A DNA stretch of 64,000 nucleotides from Psammoneis japonica. Lineage: Eukaryota. Below, one piece after another: positions 58,522 through 64,000 of this stretch. The position numbers were made by a program, and so were the translations under genes. The stretch's first letter is position 1. Each line of letters opens with the position of its first letter. The stretch is from NCBI GenBank assembly GCA_008632985.1, contig QPGO01000023.1:1-64000 (forward strand). The letters are read 5' to 3'. The notes below the pieces were generated by a model. It was not told the origin of the DNA and ran no database searches. It was given only the letters and a program-made list of their open reading frames with translations.

Positions 58522-59517
58522 CTACCACGCAAGTCCTGCAACTGAATCCTGCTGTTGTTGCATGGGCTCAGTTTCCTCTTCGTACTCAATTTCAACTCTA
58601 GTTCGACGAGACGGCTTCTTCTTTCTATCTCCTCGTCTTCTTTTCTTTTTCTCGTCTTGGTCGCTCTCGGAGGACGAATCATTGTCTTCCTCCGAAGAAG
58701 ACTCTTCATCATCATCATCATCATCGCCAGATTCCTCCTCTTCCTCGCTACTCTGCTCTACCCATTTCCCATCGCCAATGTATTCCATATCTTCCATATC
58801 CTCCTCTTCCTCTTCTTCTTCATCAAGATCTTCCACGTATTCAACCAATCCTTCCTCTTCTTCTCCTTCGCTTTCCTCCTCGAGTTGCACCGTGTCTTCT
58901 TCTTCATCCTCATGCATTTGCAACGCCTTTTGATACGGCACCTCGGGAAAGTTATAAATATCACCATAGGTTCCTCTTGCCAACCGCTCCAACAATTCCT
59001 TTTCAATCGACTTTTCCATTTTGGCCGCCACGAGTGCCTTCTTTTCTCGTCGTTCTTCTCGCTGCTCCACTTTGCGATGAACACGCACCATTTTGGCCTT
59101 GCCTCCCGCCATTTGTTTGAGTTTCAACTTTCTCATACGCAACAGATATTGATGAATCTTGGTGAGACGTTGCTTATTACGATGTACCAATGCCTTCGAG
59201 ACATTGTACGTCAAGTGTTCATCAATCTGAGCAAGTGCCTTTGCGTAGTTGCGACTGAGCAGAATCTTTTCCCAGAGATTCTTGGGAGAATGAGCTCGCT
59301 CCACCGTCTTGATGCACAGATACACCTTTCCAGACTCTTCTCGAATAGTTGCGTACTTCGAATTCGCCAGAGGACATGTCGTTCGATTGCACAAGCCCGT
59401 TACGGAGTACGGATGCCGACAAAACATGGTTTTATCGGATTTCGCCTTTCCAATTGTTGTTTTGTACGAACAAAACTGGTGATTGATCACCTGCCAAATC
59501 ATTTCATCGTGCTGCAT
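58522..59517 (-). CDS. MAK16: Ribosome biogenesis protein MAK16
   Basis: MQHDEMIWQVINHQFCSYK...FCRHPYSVTGLCNRTTCPLANSKYATIRE...KELLERLARGTYGDIYNF, acidic tail, VEIEYEEE. Confidence 0.96.
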   Translation of the reverse strand: MQHDEMIWQVINHQFCSYKTTIGKAKSDKTMFCRHPYSVTGLCNRTTCPLANSKYATIREESGKVYLCIKTVERAHSPKNLWEKILLSRNYAKALAQIDEHLTYNVSKALVHRNKQRLTKIHQYLLRMRKLKLKQMAGGKAKMVRVHRKVEQREERREKKALVAAKMEKSIEKELLERLARGTYGDIYNFPEVPYQKALQMHEDEEEDTVQLEEESEGEEEEGLVEYVEDLDEEEEEEEDMEDMEYIGDGKWVEQSSEEEEESGDDDDDDEESSSEEDNDSSSESDQDEKKKRRRGDRKKKPSRRTRVEIEYEEETEPMQQQQDSVAGLAW

Positions 59518-59853
59518 TATGAAACAAGTGAAAATATAGAAACTAAAACGTTGTTTGGGATGCTCTGATGAGTATTCAAGACGAACGATGCTGTTGAATT
59601 GATCAGTATGCTGTTGTTGCACGGTTGTTGCTGCTGTTGTTTTGATCAAAAAAGTGGGCGATGGTTCACATGCTTCAGGTTATGAGGCTAATTGGAATAC
59701 CATAAGTCATGTAGAGAGTACATACAGGAATTCTGGTATGTTATCATCGTAGCGGGTGCCTGTTATCAACGTCACAGACAACAGCGACAGCTAGCAAGAA
59801 ACAGCGGCGATTATTCATTCTGTGTTCATCACAGCATTGCATTTAGATACACC

Positions 59854-60329
59854 ATGAATCCAGTCACCACATTCATCAGCAACAGTATGGAGGCACACTC
59901 TGTCATTGTGAAGGAGATGAAGGATCGAGTTGCAGAGTAAGAAAGAAAAATACCGTGATGCTTCTGATTCGTAGATTTGCGTAGAATCTGTACCAGAGCA
60001 ACGTGTCAATCCATGCATACAAGCCGCTTTGTGTTTTCTCACGATGCTCTTGTCCGCTTGTGTGTGTTTTGTACTTGTACAGAACTTCGATTAATGCTCA
60101 GAGGGTTGTTGATGAACGACATGGTCCTGCTCGTTACAGTAATTGGTGGAGGACGGAACGACGACAACGGGAGTTTGATCACGTCTTTGTCGCACATTCC
60201 TCGCTCAAGGCAAATAAGGAAGCGGGATGCCGTTCGTCGTTTAAATCTGCTCGCTATTATGCGGATCAAGCTGCGGCACGTAGGGATGAATTGTTGGAAC
60301 GAGTCCAAATTAGTGGCGATTCCCAGTAG
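59854..60329 (+). CDS. Small hypothetical protein; intron 59937-60082
   Basis: A GTAAGA..CAG intron joins MNPVTTF...DRVAE to TSINAQRVVDERHG... in frame. Confidence 0.5.
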
Positions 60330-61549
60330 GATGCGCGAGTCTAGATGTTATTGTATAATTTTCTCGAGACTCGAGAACCTTGGTGCACACTACCGTGTAT
60401 CGAGCAAGATAACTTGTATTAAAATAACAAGAGTACATGAACCTTATTTAGTCACGACTCTCTTACCTTATCGCAGTTGACTACGTGTTGTTGTATCGGT
60501 TGCGTCGTAGTGAACTGGTCAAAGGGAATATTGCGAGCACCAACCTACCTCAATTTTTGTGCGAAAATACAGGGGAGAAAAGCGACCCATCAGACATGAA
60601 TATGGCAGAACGATCGTTCTTTAGAAATTCATTACTGACTGCGGTGAACAGCATGTGGATTCAGTCTTCTTTAGCGGGGATTCGACGCAGGCAATTACAG
60701 ACTCTCTACAAAAGAAGCTAAACCCAGTCACACGGCATACTATTCAGAGAACCGCAAGAATGCCAATTCCAGATGTTCCGCTAAAGTAGAGTTGACAAAA
60801 ACCACTTGTCAGACATGGATAGTTGGAACGATTGTGCTTCATAGCAGGGAATTTTTAGCTGGCTTCTTCGCCATCCTCAACCTTTTGCTTGATGAGCCCA
60901 GAGCGTTATATAGGCGTTATCCTTCTTAAACAACAACACGAGTCCAATTAGCGAGTGACCGGACTAATGACATTTTATACATTATACAGGAGCCAGAACT
61001 TTTACATGTTGGATTCCTAGTCAACGTGGTTTATAAATGTTAAGATCGTTAACAAAGTGTCAATGCCTTTATGTAGTGTCTCCAATAATTCATACTGTGC
61101 AACAGATCACTTCAGCATGTCTTTGTGATTTTCATATCGCCCAAGTATGTCGTATCCGTTAAATAGTATACATTAGCTTCAACCGACTTTGCGAGTATGA
61201 ATAATAAGTAGATTTCATCGCTGATGGCCATCAAAACATTCAGTGCCTGCGTCTGTCTCCATCATTACGCTGCCTATTTCATTTCTGTCTGGACCAGCCG
61301 CTTTCTTGTCCCGTGGCGTTTTGCCGCTCCATGTTTGCGCATCACCCATAACGCCATTGGCAAATTGGAAAGGATAAAGACGGCGCTTCCTCTTCTTTTT
61401 TGTGGTCGAGTCAGGGTTCAGAGTAAGCGATTAGAGTTTCATTAACGGCGTCGAAGAATCGTTATTGGCTAAGGGAACACGTCAGATTTCTCCGATTACA
61501 CGACTGCATTACATTGGCCTCCCTTCTTGACTCGTCACAAGCTTCCAGA

Positions 61550-62808
61550 ATGAGTGCATCAGAAGAAGACGAAGAAGGCCCCGAGGGAGATAGCACTCGG
61601 AGTCTATCGCCCTTTGTCGGGCATGAGGAGATTGAAATAAGCAGTACAGAACATGGAGCGTCCGCCGATCCGAAGGAATCGTCTGAAACCACCACACCTG
61701 CCGATGACGGAGTGGAGGCGGCCTCTCTTTTTGACACTCAACAAGATACAGATGAAAAACAGGAGAAGGAGAAGTATGCCCGAAACTTCCCCCGGCGGGT
61801 AAGTACGGGATTTCTGTTCATCGGCCTGCCACGGCGGTATCTGATCGGATCTGCCTTCAATTTTTGAACATTTGCATGACTCACGCGCTTGACTTGTTGT
61901 AGCTCATGGAAATACTCAATAGAGATGACACACAGGACGGGATCAGGTGGCACGAGCCAGACGGACTCTCATTTGTGATTGTAAACCCCAAAATTTTCTC
62001 ATCGGAGATTCTCCCCCGTTTCTTCAAGCGGGCAAAGTTCTCAAGCTTCACACGCAAGCTCAACCGATATGGCTTCAAACGAGTCAGCAATGGCAATACC
62101 GCCTCAGGAGGCGGGGCCTTCTTCCATCCGCTATTTCAGCGCAACAATCCCGACTTGTGCCTACAAATAACTTGCAAGAAACCGGGTAGTCCAGCACAGG
62201 GAGATGAGATGCCACCAATGATAATGATGCCACCGTCCTCGCCAACGACGGGGAGAAAACGAAAACTGGAAGCGGATGAAAGTCTTGAGCCGTCGCCCTT
62301 CCCTCCTGGTGGTAATCTAGGGTCTATGCTGATGCATTCGTTGCCCGGGCAGCCGGATATCGGAGGACTGCCGCTGTATTCACAAGCCAACATGGGAGCC
62401 GGAATGAATAATATGATGCCTCCAGGTCTTCAAGGAAACTGGATGTTACAGCAACAACTGCTTATGCAGCAGCAACAGCAGCAGCAGCAACAACAGTTGC
62501 TTCACCAGAATATGCTGCAACAAAGAACGTTTCCTCAACTTGGTCATGTACCGCACACTGGTACTTCCGATTTGCTAAACCAAATGAACGTAGGCGCCAT
62601 GGGTGGAGGAAGTCTTGCGGATGTGCAGCAATCTTTACATCGTCGAGAGCAGTTGCTCGCTGACTTGGAAATGCAGCAACAGCAGTTGGCAGCACTGCAG
62701 CAACAGCTGCAGCAGCAGCAACAGATGCAGCAGCCTGAGCGTGCCCTGGGTGATGGCACGTCGGACAATTCAGCGGGAGACTTGGACAGCGAGGATAGGC
62801 TTCGATAA
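61550..62808 (+). CDS. Heat-shock transcription factor (HSF DNA-binding domain, Gln-rich tail); intron 61799-61902
   Basis: Spliced NFPRR-LMEILN..IRWHEPDGLSFVI..ILPRFFKRAKFSSFTRKLNRYGFKR..FFHPLFQR. Confidence 0.95.
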
Positions 62809-63049
62809 CTTATGTTGGGGTATGATTTACGATACGATTGCAACCAGAGGGAGCGATTGTCAACCTTTGTGACTGGTAATATATAACTGGCGCCATTTAG
62901 GGAGGTATCTCTATTGCTGATTTCCAGTTTAGCCGGATGCAACTCTTCTTCGTCGAGGGTTGATTAGATTAGATTTTGGATGATTCTTTCACTGGTTAGT
63001 CAACTTTGATCTGTGTTAGTGGTGTCAGTGACGATTCGAAGTCATCGTA

Positions 63050-64000
63050 CGCAGTAGATGCTGGGTGTTGTCAGCTGTTCTTGTTTTTGCAGCGCAACAA
63101 CCATTTCAGGTTTTCTCCTCGCGCCACCATCCGTCCGCCGTCCGCAGGATTTGAGCCGTTTTGGGTGCTGCTGTGAGGCCCAACCATGTGGTGCCACGTG
63201 TAATTACGAAACCCCGTTTTCAATTTTCAACAAAAAGCACACATCGACACCCACTGATGTCTTGCGAATGCAAAGTTCCCGACAAATGTTGGGGTCACAA
63301 GCAGAGGGTCGCATCAGCCATGGAGCCATCACCAAAATTTGTCCTTTGTTGCATTTTCCCAAGCAATTTTTTGGTGCTCCAAGAAAAGCCGGCTCTCCAC
63401 CCTCAAATGCCCAACACCACCATGAACAATGTGTGTGCCTGGTCCATTCTTACAAGGCACTGGTTTAAAGTCTGGGAAACCAAAAACACTTGTGTCTTCA
63501 GCATTTCTGTCTCTGCTGGGGGGTCAAACTCTGGTGGGGTGCAATGAAGTCAAATGCGGCTGCTGGACCCTTTCCCAAAACTGAGACACTTCAACGCAAA
63601 ACCCGCTTCACAGCTGTGCTCTGTTTTGCAACTCATTGTTGACCTCATGACAACTGCATTTTGCCTCTTTCATGCCATGCTTTTGTGCTTTCAGCTTCTG
63701 CATTTTGCACCCATCTCTGCTTCCAATCTGGAGCAAATGTGCACAACTTCCACTGGCCAAAAAATGTTCTGTGGGGCAACAGCATCAAACAGCACACCAT
63801 TTTGTCAACGTTGCTTCTCTGCTCTTTTTTCACCACACACCAAGAAACTGTTGACAAACTTTGCTTCACTCTGTGTGTTTGTTCTCTCCACAGTTTGGCT
63901 CTCTCCAAGTCAAAAATGCCAAGACGGAGCAGCGCTGCAGTTGCTTCCTCAAAGTCACAAAATGTTCCTTGTTCCTTGGAGCCAAGGGGTCAACCAGCAC
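63050..64000. other. Start of another TpA-depleted relic block
   Basis: TA nearly absent after ~63210 and CG declining; runs off the window edge. Confidence 0.6.

Noticed and set aside
58555..59568. 337-aa plus-strand ORF
   Set aside because: Antisense shadow of the low-complexity MAK16 coding sequence.

Overview
Eukaryotic DNA, most likely from a diatom. This is inferred from short GT-AG introns, ASAFAP-like bipartite presequences, and CoDi-type Copia and Crypton elements. The window alternates between two kinds of sequence. (1) Ordinary gene blocks: membrane protein, PNGase, aldo-keto reductase, ankyrin-like protein, USP deubiquitinase, DnaJ, Cys-rich secreted protein, GT10 fucosyltransferase, sulfatase, MAK16 and HSF. 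(2) Five sharply bounded blocks (~1-4640, ~7050-21540, ~37330-43480, ~48200-53270, ~63050-64000) that have almost completely lost the dinucleotide TpA; the identifiable contents are transposon or repeat relics. In these blocks conserved tyrosines of a Helitron Rep/helicase, a Copia RT and a U-box read as Cys (TGY) or His (CAY). The same change is partial in a Crypton tyrosine recombinase and includes predicted catalytic tyrosines. This points to a transposon-directed A:T->G:C hypermutation at TpA, apparently preferring TAY, which is the opposite direction to fungal RIP. It is the main finding. Also present are nested MITEs with clear TIRs/TSDs, a foldback-like element, and a reciprocally pseudogenised 1.2-kb gene duplication. 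All dinucleotide counts and family assignments were made by eye, without database searches.
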